Positions 26,712-39,314 of a DNA stretch of 64,000 nt are shown here, one piece after another (position 1 is the stretch's first letter; each line of letters opens with the position of its first letter). The notes below the pieces were generated by a model that worked only from the letters and a program-made list of their open reading frames with translations, was not told where the DNA came from and did not search any database. The stretch is taken from contig OZ316894.1 of NCBI GenBank assembly GCA_973895155.1, positions 22,539,867-22,603,866 of the forward strand, given 5' to 3'. The position numbers and the translations under genes are program-made. This DNA comes from Marsupella aquatica (Eukaryota > Plantae > Marchantiophyta).

Positions 26712-29700
26712 ATGTCTAAACTTGATTACTGGCAAGCCGTGTGCGATGCTCCCAGTTCACCCCACCCTGGGGGCCCTCTTCCGATGTCAGGTGCTTTTTT
26801 GCAACAAAGGATGTCAGCATTCGACAACAGGAAGGAATTTCTGGAAGTACACAGTGCAAAGAAAGGCGTTGATGAATTGCAGGTGACCACATCGGTGCCT
26901 GTAGCAGATGCGCTCGATGGCATCTCACAGCATGTGCGTGACCTCAATTTCAAGGAGGAAGGAGATTTTGCGCCGGATTCCCTTCCACAAAAAAGCCCAC
27001 CCATATGCAGAAGCCATTGTACAGTCTCCAGATGCGATAGAATTCAGATCCCTCCTCCTGGCGAATTTGAATACATCGCTATCGAGTGGTTTGGATCAAC
27101 AAATGATTATGCTTGGATTCCTGAGGGTAGGCTTACAGATTTTATATGGGGTGAGAACATGAGAGACAATTTCCATACTGAATTCACGACCCGACACATG
27201 GTACAGAACCGATTGTACAAAACGGGCCCTTTGGTGAAGACCACAACCTTGTATTGCTGCTGCTTTGGTCCAGAAGATTACCGAGGCTGGAAATCAACCA
27301 AGGTCCCTGAGAAACTGAAATCCAAGGAGGTGGGTGTTTTTCTGAAGAAAAAAACACTAACAGGTGACTTCAATCAATTTTTGGAATTGGAAATTGGCTG
27401 TTTTGTGATTTCTGTCAACAGATGTGCTTATCCAGAGTTATAGTATTTAGTATAACAAGTGGGGTTTTTCTGTGCATGCAATCAGGAATGTCCGTCCGTC
27501 GTGGTTGCAGATGCTCATTTACTTCTACGAAGTATGAGGATCGTCCAAGGGCCCTTCTGATCAAATGGATCCGCAAAGACCATTTTGACAGACAAAATTT
27601 GGTTTGCCATGGCCTACACGATTCCATTGCCTTTGAAGCAAATGCACACATTGCCCCAAGAATTTCATTGAAGCTACGAACCAAAATAGAACGTTACCTC
27701 AGGGCTGGTTTGACAGCAAGGGCAATTGTGAATGCACACTTTGAAGAGATTCTTACAATATGGCGTAAAGACCACCCGGACGAGGATGCTGATGTCATCA
27801 TGTCTAGGGATATGCAGCTCACTCCACGAGATGTGCAAACAGTTCGGGATTCTATGCGACATCGCCAACCAGATTATTGCTCTGACGAAGCACAAGCTAT
27901 CAATTTGTGGGTCCTTCAAAACAATGACCAAGTCTTGTTATACCAGCCACAAATGAAAGGGGAAAACCAGCCTTTCATTCTCATGTGGTCGTCTCCTTGG
28001 CAGCAGAAGAAGCTTGCCCAACTTGGTCATGGAGGACCAGTGGCATTTGATGCAACTTTCGGCACCAATCACTTTGGTGTCCAACCTCTTTTTGCCCAAA
28101 CAAATCTTGCCAAATGTTGGTCACATATTATATTCAAATATGAGTATGTAACGCCAGACCTCTGCTTACCAAGTTCTGTGTAATTCATTGCAGTTCTCGT
28201 TCTACACGGCCATTGTGTTTGACAAGTTCCAAAATGCCATTCCGGTAGCATTTGCGCTACTACAAACATATAAAGCCCTGCAAGTCAGCCAAATATTGAT
28301 GGCTTTGAAAGATTGTGTCAATGCTAGGAGAGCACAACTGAATCTCACTATTCCTTGGACTCCTACCTGTTGGATTATTGATGTAGCGGATGAGGAACAA
28401 GCAGCTATCAGGTATAGACAGTGCATGTTTTCAATCAATGTGGTCTGTAACATGACATATCTGCACTGTCTGCAGCATCTTTGACAAATACTGTGTGAAT
28501 TATTTTTTGTGTGTACAGACAGGTATTTCCGGAAGTACCCATTACATTTTGCACATGGCATGTCAGACGAGCCTGGACTAAAAACATAATCACAAAAGTC
28601 TTCTGCCCATTTGCCAAAGCCCAGATCAATGCACATTTGGGAGCAATAATGTATTCTGAGGGGACTGGTGAGTTTGTTTATTTGTCAAAGTGGTGCAGGT
28701 CCTGCATATGGAATAAATAATGTATATCACGTTTGTATGTAGTGCTAATCTGTGACTCTTGACAGATATGACAGAAGAGTCAGAAGCCTTCATGGATCGG
28801 TGGGTTGACACCCAACCCGTTTTTGTGGCATACTACAAACGAGAGTGGCACTCCAAGGTTTGTAGTTGGGCAGTCAAGTTAAGAGGGTACCATCATGCCA
28901 ACCAGAATACAAACAGGGGCATCGAACGCTGGCACCACACCCTGAAGATGGAGCTGAAGGCAGGTAGGTACAGCATAACAGGTCGGTCCATACCATGGTT
29001 ACTTGGTCGTCTGAGAGTGATGGAGAATCACTATTGGTGTATTGCTGCCGAAAAATTTCAGGGTCGCATAAGGAACAAAACAATCGAGCAGCTTGTGCAT
29101 AAGTCCCTGAATAGAGCCAAAGCAATCCCTGACGATTACGTCCAAACATTTGACTGTGGGCTGGCGAAATGTGCATGCGTTCGTAGCACCTCCTCAAACA
29201 ATCCAGGCACTAAGGAACACCTTGTAACTGACTGGGACAAAGACAGTTGTCAGTGTACATGTGGCTATTCACTACAAGGAAACGCTTGCAAGCACCAGGT
29301 TATTACAATCCCACTGTTGCCTGTTCTTGAGAAGCAATGACGAACTGTTTTTTGCATGAAAGGCATTTCTATTCTATTCGTAACATTCCGATATGTTATT
29401 ATGTGCAGATCAAAGTATTGCTGGTCACACAGAAGATGATTGAGATGGAAGTTCTCCATCAATTGGGAACCAAAATGGGATCATTCTCTGGTGGGCTTCA
29501 CGCACATTTCAATGTAGCCCATGGGGAAGCCCCGAAATTGGTGACTGAGGTTGCGAACATCACCCTCACATATGTTGGCGAGGATATGTGGGAGGCACCG
29601 GAGGAAGAGGCTTCCCAGGCAATTCACGTTTCACCGCCCTTGGAAGACTACCAAGTACTGCTATCGGCATGTTACAAGCGAATCTCATATCACCCAACCC

Positions 29701-30194
29701 TTGCCAAACAAGGCTTGATTGAGTTGAAGGATTGGATGGAGTCGCTTTTTGTAAGAGAGGCACAGCAAAATGTTGCCATGCTAGACCCACAGTCCAAGCA
29801 TGAAGAGCTGACTCCACGTGAGGGTACAGATAGAACCACCGTCCCCAAATGCAGTTGGGTAGACAAAATGATGGCTGCCAAGGGTCGGCGCAAGCGCAAG
29901 GGGAAACTCGGCATTGACAATAACAATAAGGAAAATGTACATCTGCATGGTAAGGAGGACCTGCAAGATTTGGTGCATGGGACCAACATCCCAGAGAAGC
30001 TACAGGTCAAACGAAAGGAGAAGGCTCTATCATTCCAGGCAAAATTTGACAAGGAATCAATAGAAGCGTTGGCTGAGATGTGCGAAGCAATTACAGATCA
30101 CAACAATACCCCGGTAAATGGTAAATGTAAGAAGCCCATGGCATCAAAGGCAGGGAAGACAAAAAAAATCGAGCAGTGCCAGCATTACCAATAA
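26712..30194 (+). CDS. MULE-family DDE transposase with SWIM zinc finger, about 6 exons; C-terminus may extend to 30415 across an A8 run
   Basis: Motifs CCFGPEDY, RRGCRCSF, VAFDATFGTN (D1), FDKFQNAIPVAF, WIIDVADEEQAAI (D2), FCTWHVRRAW, NTNRGIERWHH (E), SWIM CQCTCGYSLQGNACKH; approximate GT-AG introns near 27330-27485, 28077-28193, 28412-28518, 28668-28765, 29299-29409. Confidence 0.9.
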
Positions 30195-30831
30195 GCAGCG
30201 CTCTCTCGCAAGCAGGTAAATCGGGCATTCTTAAAGCACCTGTAACGGAGGCCAACATGGACATTCTTGGAAATGTCCACATAGGCAATAGCCAGACGTG
30301 GGCTATGTCGCCGTCTTTCCCAGATATTTTACATGCCTTCTCGTCCGGAGTGAGCACGGACGTTCATTCAACAGTGCATGTAGATAACCACATAGTATCG
30401 ATCGGTGATGAATAGTGACATCTGTCATTGTGGACAATTGGAATTATTAAAAATTATACACATGGGCTTCTCAGTGACTTGAGTTCAGTTCACGCACATT
30501 TCTTGGTGGGGTTCAAATAAGGCTTTGTATCATACATGTGTTGTATATGATGCACCGGGATGAATTTGAAACGAATTTGCGCCAGGTGTTCAAATGACAA
30601 GAAGTACACGAGACTGAAGTACACAAGACTGTTACAACTTTATTGATCACTTGGAACTTTACATGACACCAACATATATGGCGCCAGAAAAATGCCTTTT
30701 TCACTACAGTTTAGTGCAATTATTCTGGTACCTACGCAACTGCCCATTAGTCCTAAGTGAACAGTGCTTCACAAAATCGGCATCCCTGTAATGTCACAAC
30801 AAAAATGGCTTCCACGTAACACTGGCACAGT

Positions 30832-32598
30832 TTAGGGTGAGATGGTGTCATCTATATTATGTGAGTCATTTTCAGAGCCATCCACCGAGGGAGCCAGGGC
30901 ATGTGTACACGGAGCCGGGGCAACTATTTCCCTGCGGCCCAAATTTCCAAACAACTCATGGGCATCTTCGTCTAGGCACAGCTGACTATCCTTCTCCTCA
31001 GCATCAGACTCAGAAAGTCGCTCCTCATCTGAGGTGTCAGTCCACATAGCCTCCATTTCAACCTGCACTTGGGCAAATTTGCATTACAAAGCGACTGAAG
31101 TATATAAGTGGGCCACAAACTAAGTCAAAATATGAGTAGCATAATCCTTGTAGTTAACATTGTGACAAATGTTCTAAGCCTCGTGTGCAATGCAAAAATT
31201 ACCTGCTGCATTGCAAAATCATGGGTACAAGAGTGCACTTTCTTGTAAATGGCCACCATGTTGGGTACGTAACTCTGAATGACCTGTGGCTTATGATCTG
31301 CTTTCCACACCTTGTAGTCCTTGTCCCCCATAGTCTGAAAAATTCCCCACCCGTGTTCCTGATCCCAAAGAAGACTGTCACGCTTGGCTCGCATCCAATT
31401 TAGTGCATCATCACACATATGTTTGCAGGACTGCATCATGGCATAATCAATCAAATGACAATCAAATGAGGCCTACCTTGGCTCAAAGAAAGTCCTCATG
31501 ACTGTAGCTGTTCGGCTGAGTCTTCCAAGTTGGAACTCGTCTAAGTGCGCGTAAGAAGTATCTTCCATATGAGACAAAGCAGAGGTAGTCCATGACCATA
31601 CAGTTGATGAATGTGGGCAATGTGAAAGCAAGGCCTGCAAGCACTCCCAATCATGGTCGTTGACAAGACTGTTCCACACTTGGAAGCCAAGTCTTGGCAT
31701 TATGAACTCAAAGAACATTATAAACATAGGCTGACATGGAACCGTTGGTGGGGGATTTGTGGAGCGATTGTCTTCAAATTTTTTGACGAACTTTGTGTGA
31801 GTTGTCGCCCTGCACCACAAGCATTTTGTTGGAGTCAAAACAATTCAGTCTGCGAAGTTCAGAAAGTTGCACGCAATTGTGGACACTTGTACGTACTTGA
31901 CGATTCTTTTTGCCATGCTCCACCTGTCTCAGTCTTCCCCTCACGTCAACGTGATTTGGCAAGGACTGCAGTCCAGGTCGCTTTTGCCTTGGGGCGTGAA
32001 GAACGTCTGGTGTATATAGTGACCGGGGAGTCCCTTCAGCGACCAGACCATGCTTCTTGAAAACATGACAGCCGTATGTGCGACGGTTTTTGAAATGTAC
32101 ATTTTTACAAGGCAACATGTTGCACACAGCGCCACCGCCGTTGCGAGAGAAATGAACTCCCTCTTTAGCTTTGCATGTGACTTGTGATTGTGGCTTCAAA
32201 TACCGCAGTGAGGAAAGATCAGAGTTCACTTGCGTGGGCTGGGTCCCCGGTGCTACAGTGTTAGACTGGTTCTTGTATGACAAGAATAGAGCCATGGGTT
32301 GAGATGACTCATCCTGATTTGGAGGTGGTGGGTCCAGAGTGACCCTCCGCTGAGGTCCAGGCATGGTCGAGGAGGCCTTGGTTAATCCATCCCCACAGCA
32401 GTCGGGTGCTGCTACAGCAACAACCGGAGTTGGCATAGGGGACCCTTGCATAGGCAGAATGGGAGACAGGTCAGAGGCAGGTGGTGCTGCCATGACTTGC
32501 ACATCCGAATCCCCATGAGATGCTTCACCACATGTGGGTTGTGGCAATCGACGGTGGAGCAGAGTCGGTTCCCACATAGCCTGCCTTTTCTTACCAGC
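30832..32598 (-). CDS. Transposon cargo protein of unknown function (Pro-rich region, C2H2-like motif, acidic tail); multi-exon, structure uncertain
   Basis: Collinear minus-strand ORFs 31774-32577, 31473-31838, 31125-31454, 30832-31068 with splice-like junctions; motif CNMLPC-x12-HVFKKH; in-frame acceptor TTTAG|GCT just upstream of 32598. Confidence 0.6.
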
Positions 32599-33326
32599 CT
32601 AAATTGAAAAGGTGACAGAATGTGAGTGTTCATAGTGACCCTAAACTAAATTGAATTACACTAACCTCATTTAATTATAGTAGTCTCTGAATGATTTACT
32701 ATTCCTGAGCTAATTAACCAGGTTTGAAAGAAGATATGATGAAGGATTTGTGAGTACATGGGCCCTTGTTTGCGGCATTATGTCTTCAGAGCTGCAATGA
32801 AAATATGAATAGTTTAATGAATCACAACGGGAAACTTAATTACCTTATAGTTGGGCAAGGGCTGTCATGGAGTTACACTGTACGTTGCAATTCATTCGTA
32901 AGATTTGAGTCAACCAAATTATTGCAAGACAATATATATCACCATTTGTGAAATTCTATGAATACCCAGAGAATAGATGATTTCATGGCCTCAATACATG
33001 ACGGTGAGTGAACACCATGAAATTGGAGGCCGCATGCATAAGACTGCACTCGACATTGTACACCATATAGTGGACTTCATACCAACGGTCAAATATGATT
33101 GACAGAATCATGTAGGCAACACATTCAGATGTAAGGACGAGACACTCATTAACTTGCTTCAAAATGCAAACTTTGCTTTCCTTCCATCCTCATACATAGT
33201 GAATGAACCAGGCGTCCATCAGTTTGCCATATTGCATACAATTGCAACACGGTAAGTTGGGCAAGTCTACTTGCAAAAGCCAAATGGCTACATGTATGTA
33301 TGTTAATTAGCCTACAGTAATGTAAA

Positions 33327-34214
33327 CTATCGGTTCCTTCCAGAGTAGACGTCCAATGATGAACTGAAAGCTTTTGCTAGTCGATGAACAATGGATGACA
33401 TGGTGCCCTGCTGGACCTCTTCGTTGCCATGATTGTTGCGTTCGGCCTGTACCACGTCTGAGACTTGTCCGACACTCGAAGTAGCTGTGGTGTAATCTGG
33501 CTTTGAATCAATTATTGGTGACTGTCTTGGCATTGGTGGGGCAAGGGATGAGACTACGGGCACAGTCATAGTTGGAGTGCTGTAGAATTGGGTAGCAACA
33601 GATTGGGTGCCTCCCTCAATGGAAGCGCGTGGGCTGGGCGATAGGTGTGTACCTCACAACCCCTGTCGCCGTGGAGTCCGCGTCTGGGTCCATAAACGAG
33701 ATTGTGGCAACGTACTATTTGATGCAACAATCTCCAACTCATGCACAGATAAAATACCATGATTTATCTGAAACCTGACTTTGCACAGTGGCGCGTCCTT
33801 GATGGAATCATGGAGGACCTGAAATTGATCAAGTGGTTCCATACAAGCTAGTGCAGTTGCAGAGAGACCGACTAAATCTCTCGCAACATCCCAAATTGCA
33901 GCTCTCAAAGCAGGCTTGCCAGAATTACAGTGCAAGGTAGCATCCGTCAACAATACCTCAAAACGAAAACGAAAAAACTCACTGTACTGTCCACTCTGTA
34001 AAGCGTCATGCTCGCAATGACTTCCTCTCGGGCCTTCGATTGAAATCTTACATAGACCTCGAGAAATGACCTCAGTACAGCCTCGATACACAAATTTCTT
34101 GGGGAAAGGATTCGTGGCAATGAAGTTCAATACGTGGACACTACATGGTCCCAAATAACCAGTGTCCTCCCTCATTACAGCTTCTTGCACATCGCACAGA
34201 GTTGTCATCGACAT
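33327..34214 (-). CDS. Transposon cargo protein with RPA1 C-terminal (DBD-C)-like OB-fold/zinc module; exons 33658..34214 and 33327..33579
   Basis: FVYRGC...C...CEH...FRFRFEVLLTDAT...AAIWDVARDLVGLSATAL resembles the Rep_fac-A_C pattern (Y.AC..C.K...C...RY.L...D.T....T.F...A..L.G.SA..L); a 78-bp GTGAGG...TACAG intron (33580-33657) joins the next ORF in frame. Confidence 0.65.
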
Positions 34215-34505
34215 TGGCTTACCAAATGAAGGGCTAAACGACTCCGAATCGGACTCACGATCAGCCGGGTTTTTTCGCTCTCTGCAGCATATTGCAACAG
34301 AGCTGTGTAAGTCATAAACCACACAATCATCTCAATGAAAGTAAATTACCAAAAGCAAATAGTGCTTACCGATGCGCGTCACGAGGGAATGGAATGTCGG
34401 CTGCGCAACTCACGAGTGGCAAAGTGTGAAATGCAATAGGTCACAAAAACTGAGCCTGGCGGGAATGCGATGGCCTGGCCTACACGCAAAACGTCAATTC
34501 ACAAG

Positions 34506-34839
34506 AGTGTACACCCTCTTTTCCATGTACATACGTTGATGGGGTGGATTCGTGATCCTTTGCAAAATGTGTGAAGCGGCCCGCGAGGCGATGCCTTGGC
34601 CGGTTCACTGCTGAATTGGCCCGAGACGGGGGGCAGGGACTTGGCGGGCGCAGCACTAGGGACAGCCAGGTTTTAGGGCGCGGGACAGCAGCTGCATGGC
34701 ACCAAAGTGCTAAGGGACACGCTGCCCGAAAACAAGCGCAACTGCCCAAACTACTAATCGGATGTAAAGTGTAAACACTGAGTGTAATCCGTCCAGCATC
34801 GAGCATTAATGTGCATCAATACTGGGAATCGCGCTGAAT
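34506..34839 (-). repeat. Right terminal inverted repeat (334 bp)
   Basis: agtgtacaccctcttttcc...gggaatcgcgctgaat. Confidence 0.97.
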
Positions 34840-36356
34840 CAATAATATAGCAAGTTCTTTTATAAATGCACCAAAAAATGCATTGTCTGTAACTGCAGGT
34901 TACAAGTCACTAAAGGACCAATACATCAGGACATTTCAGTTTATAAGAGTACAGATGCATTAATCAATTCTTATAACACATGTCAAAAACATTTATTGAT
35001 AAGTGCAGTAGACAACTACACATTGTAGTTTCATGCACTTATCCAATTGAATCTTGCACTAGGAGTATTCTGGGTAGGAGAAGTTGATGCTCATGACCTG
35101 ACATATATGACATTTGTTGAAGGACATAAGTGATTTCATATTGACTTATTGGAAAGTGCAATAGACACATATGGAGTAGTGCAACAACATGCACTTATAA
35201 TGAAGTGCATAAAGTGGATAACTGCAGGCTTGGGGTGTCTTCCCGGGAGCCTAGACTCATACACAGGTAGACTATAGACTTATCTTTTTCCTGCCCTGAT
35301 GACTATGAAATGAATGAGATCCATCTTAAATGCATTATTCAGGGGCAACGTCCATTGTGCCTTCAACTTCCACCCATCACACGTTGAAGAGCATTCATCT
35401 CAAATAATGGTGTGCTACTTTGAAAATGATCGAGTGGGCCTTCAATTTCCATCTTCCACACGTTGACAAGGATTGATCTCAAATCATGGTTTGTTGAAAG
35501 ATACTGTGACAACATCATGTTTCTAGAAACTAAAAATGCCCAAGTGGCATGATATCACTCGTATCATCAAAGATGTCATGTTCACATTCGGTGCCAACTT
35601 CTATGGACCCAAAAGGCAATCATCCTCTTTAATAATTATGATCTTCAATGTTTTTTCAAAAAGCGCTAAAGGTGAAGTTATAATCCAACGTGTGGTTGTG
35701 GAGACCAGCCAAAACCAGCAGCAGCATCATCTTCAAGGGTTGGATCATTTTTCCGTTCTGGAAAAAGCTCAGAGCTGGATCTTCTACACTCTTTTCTTAC
35801 TTTCCATGACCATTTCCCATCATAAAATGTTTGTCAATTGTTTCTGAATGAAATAGGTATGTTCAACTAAAGGCTTGATTGTGACAGTAGTAAAGTCCTT
35901 TCTCCAAGTCATTTACTAACTCATATCGAATGTACCAACAACTATCAAACCTCCATGTCCTCCACGCCAAGAGCAACACCATTTCTTCCTAAAGGTGGCA
36001 ACATAATAGTCTTAAAAAAAGGGTGGATACAATGGGACAAAAAATTGGCAGTACAATCATGTCAGATTTCGAGGTATACTACAGCACTTGTGCCATAATA
36101 TAATTATGTTAATTTTAAAACTCCCATCAAGTCCTCGAGTCCTACTTTTCAGTTTACATCCTCTACCAAGAAAATGTTCTCCCCTACATGCCAAGAATCT
36201 GCAGTACTACTCTTCGTGGCTAGGAGTGAATTTAGGCCATGAATGACTCGTTGCCACGTCGCTGGTCTGATCGCTGTGGCTGCTCCATCTGCCGCCATTG
36301 AATATTTTCTACTGCACTTACCATTCCAAATAGTAAAAATGCCCTTAGCGCAACAA

Positions 36357-36644
36357 CTCCTCCTCCTGTTTCTCCATTATTATACTGCACTAGTGCACTC
36401 CACCCATTTCTACCCATTTCTGGTTCTACTTAAATTCTCTTTGGACTGACTCAGGTCGAGTCGTTTGACAGGACGGAATTAGGCGATTGAGAAGTGGATT
36501 AACAAATAGTGCCTCCTCCTGTTTCTCCATTATTATAATGCACTCCACCCATTTCTGGTTCTACGTAAATTCTCTTTGGACTGACTCAGGTCGAGTCGTT
36601 TGACAGGACGGAATTAGGCGAGTGAGAAGTGGATTAACAAATAG
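36357..36644. repeat. ~150-bp tandem duplication upstream of the F-box/kelch gene
   Basis: ctcctcctcctgtttctccattattata...gagaagtggattaacaaatagt occurs twice. Confidence 0.9.
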
Positions 36645-39314
36645 TTGTTGGAGATTCTTGTCGTCAAGGTTTTAATTACAGGTCAATCCGGCCCCGCGGT
36701 AGATACCTGCGGAATGATGGGGGAGTCTCTTTGAGAATCAGGATTGATTATATTAATTCATTGAATTATAATGTAGCCTTTGAAGTAAATATATAAAATC
36801 ATTACGAAAACGGAATTATGATCACGGGAAGTACAGTGAGGATGGTCAGGCACAGACCGACAACCTGGATGCATTCTGGAACTGATGCGCTCCGTTAGAT
36901 CGGAGATCGTACGGGCCTAGATGGGGGTGGAGATGTTTACCATTCTATTTCGGAGCAAAGGATGTCATGCATGCGGCCGACAGGGGCCCGTCGTGGCACG
37001 GGTTAACCTGAGGGAGTTACCTGAACTTGACTGCGGTTAGGAGGCATTTCGGACAGGGTGGAGCGGTGCGGCGGTGGGACATAAAAGAGGACACTCTGCC
37101 CTTTTCTCCTTTTTTCCTTCTCTTCTTCAATCAGCGTTCACGCGAGAGAGAGCTCGTGGCGGCAGAGCAGCAATTGCAACGAAGAACAGAGTCGCGCTTT
37201 CGATCGATTCGATCAACGTTGGTTCTGCTCTGAGGTGCGTGATCGTTAATGGTGGCCCAGTGAAGTGCGAAGTCTGCAGATTCATAGCCTTTTTCCGAGT
37301 CGGTTTTGAAGTATTATATGTCTCGCTGTTGCTCTGTGAGTCCCTGTTATAAAGAGTCTGAGCACGGAGTTAGCGAACTTGTGTTGCTGCCTCCGCCTTC
37401 CATTTTGTTCCTCCTTAAAGCGCAAACCGATCCCTGGCCGTCTCTCCGTCGCTTTTCTTCCTTACGTCTTGGCCATCAATGCTCTGCAGGTCGTCGAAGT
37501 TCTCGGCTCAAAATTGCTGGTGGAGGTTGCCTGGTGAGTTTTCTCACTCGTTTTGTGGCCCTCAATTGCTTGATGTCACTGTTTTTAGTACGACACTCAT
37601 TATCATGATTGGTTTTTTCTGTGAGTTTCCGGAAGTCGAAGAAGATTGGCTGCGAAGTGTAGTTTCTTGCGCACTGGCAATGATTGGCTGTCTGGCACGT
37701 ACAGTTCCTAGAATGGAACTAGTTTACTTGAGAGATCTGGAAGTGGTCGAACGTGAGAAGAGACCAGGTCTAGATTTCACATGACAGCCTGGAGCCATTC
37801 CGTTCAGAGCCTGTTGGTGAGGTTGGCAACCTTTCCGCTGTCTACCGAAATTGTCTGTCCTAGAACATGAAGCTGGCCAGCAGTGAATTGGGAGTTCCTG
37901 AAATAATTTCAGACAGCCAATCCATTGATTTCTGACGATTCACGGAGCACTGCTCAGGTGGCCGTTGTGATTTATGTACCTTGATCGGGGTGTCCACCAT
38001 CAATCTACAATGGTGTGAACAGTGGCGCCACTCGCAACTTGAACGTGCACCGTGGTTGTGTCAACCTTGCACTCTCGGGTGATGGACGTTTTTGAAGAAA
38101 TGTCCGTCTCATTTGCGGAGCCTCGGTTGGCCCCGGCGATATTGTACATTCCAACGCCTCCGGTGAGCTTGTGTTTGTGTCCGTACCTACAGTAAGCGTT
38201 GCTGGAGTGGTCTCGTCAGGCGCGGAGTGCTCCTTGGGTTTGTTTTCATTTCAAAGGAAGCCGTGCGTAATACTGGGATAGCATTCCCCGCCGTAGCTGA
38301 CGATTCACGATCCTGTTCCTTCCTGTTTGAAGGAGCAGCCATTGTTCTGGAAGTGGTTCTTTTTCGAGTCTGCCCACCCTCCTTTGCATTTCTGTGTTTA
38401 GCTTCTTTCGAGCTGGAATAGTGACGCATGGAAGTTCGACCTTCCTCCTTTTTGTCCTTCCTGTGTGCTCAACCACGAATTGTCGTCCAGCAGGACGAAT
38501 TGCCTCCGTTTGCAGCAAGGGCAATAGTGACACGTCCTCTGTTAATCGAAGAGTGTGGAGTCTCTTCCCTGCTAGAGTTGAACATCGCCTCGTGCACCGT
38601 TCTTTAGTCACCTTTGCTCTGCATCGAAGCCTGTTCTCCCAAGGACTTTACTTCTCTGAACGTCCGTTGTTGTTGTTGCTCACGGTATGTAGAAGTAGCA
38701 ACGGGCCTCGATTCCAGCCGGATCGTTGTAGATGCTCGTTTTTATCCGGGGACATGCCTAGTCAGTTGGATCTAATATCTGACATTAGCTGGTAACGGGA
38801 AGTTTGAAGTTTTCCCCGGGGAGTACTATCTGCACGCGCCTTCGTACAAGCTGTGGACACCTATTGTGTCACCATGTCTGGCCCTGAGACAAAGAATAGT
38901 ATTGTGTCCATCAGTGGCGTTGTGGTGGACTCGACTATACTATTCATCCCGCTATGTGACTATCTTATGTGAATGACGCTTTTGGCTATTGACTGGGAGG
39001 TGTTTATTGACGTTGTTGTTATCTCTTTTCTGATTCCAGCAAGGTAGATCTGCGAAACAGACTCAGCAACCATGAGGATTCAATGGGACTTCCACCGCTG
39101 CTACAGCTGATCGGCAGCAAGTTTTAATGTCTGCCTACTGTGAACGTGAGTGTTCGACCGCATGCTTAGTCCATCAGTGGATGCAATCAGTGGAACGGCT
39201 TGAGCACGTTTGAGGTGCAGTTCTTCAGATTGCAGGTGCCTCGTGGTCCTCTCAACTGTTACACGACACTGAGGGTTACCTGTCCTTTGCGTCTTTTGTG
39301 CAGGCGTTTTTGGG

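Larger units (their letters stand above)
26125..34839. mobile_element. Full-length Mutator-like (MULE) DNA transposon, 8.7 kb
   Basis: Near-identical TIRs 26125-26457 and 34506-34839; TSD caataata at 26117-26124 and 34840-34847 (9-bp tcaataata if the right end is placed at 34838); internal transposase. Confidence 0.95.

Noticed and set aside
34480-34806. ORF nearly identical to part of 25966-26522
   Set aside because: Both are translations of the TIRs, not a duplicated gene
26125-34839. Classification as hAT or Zisupton because of the 8-bp TSD
   Set aside because: Transposase motifs (DATFGTN, CxWH, TNxxIExWH, SWIM) and long TIRs fit Mutator; no hAT dimerisation or KDZ motifs seen
34848-36200. 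Coding-like decayed sequence flanking the MULE (also 25000-26116), possibly an older TE
   Set aside because: No diagnostic motif or termini could be recognised
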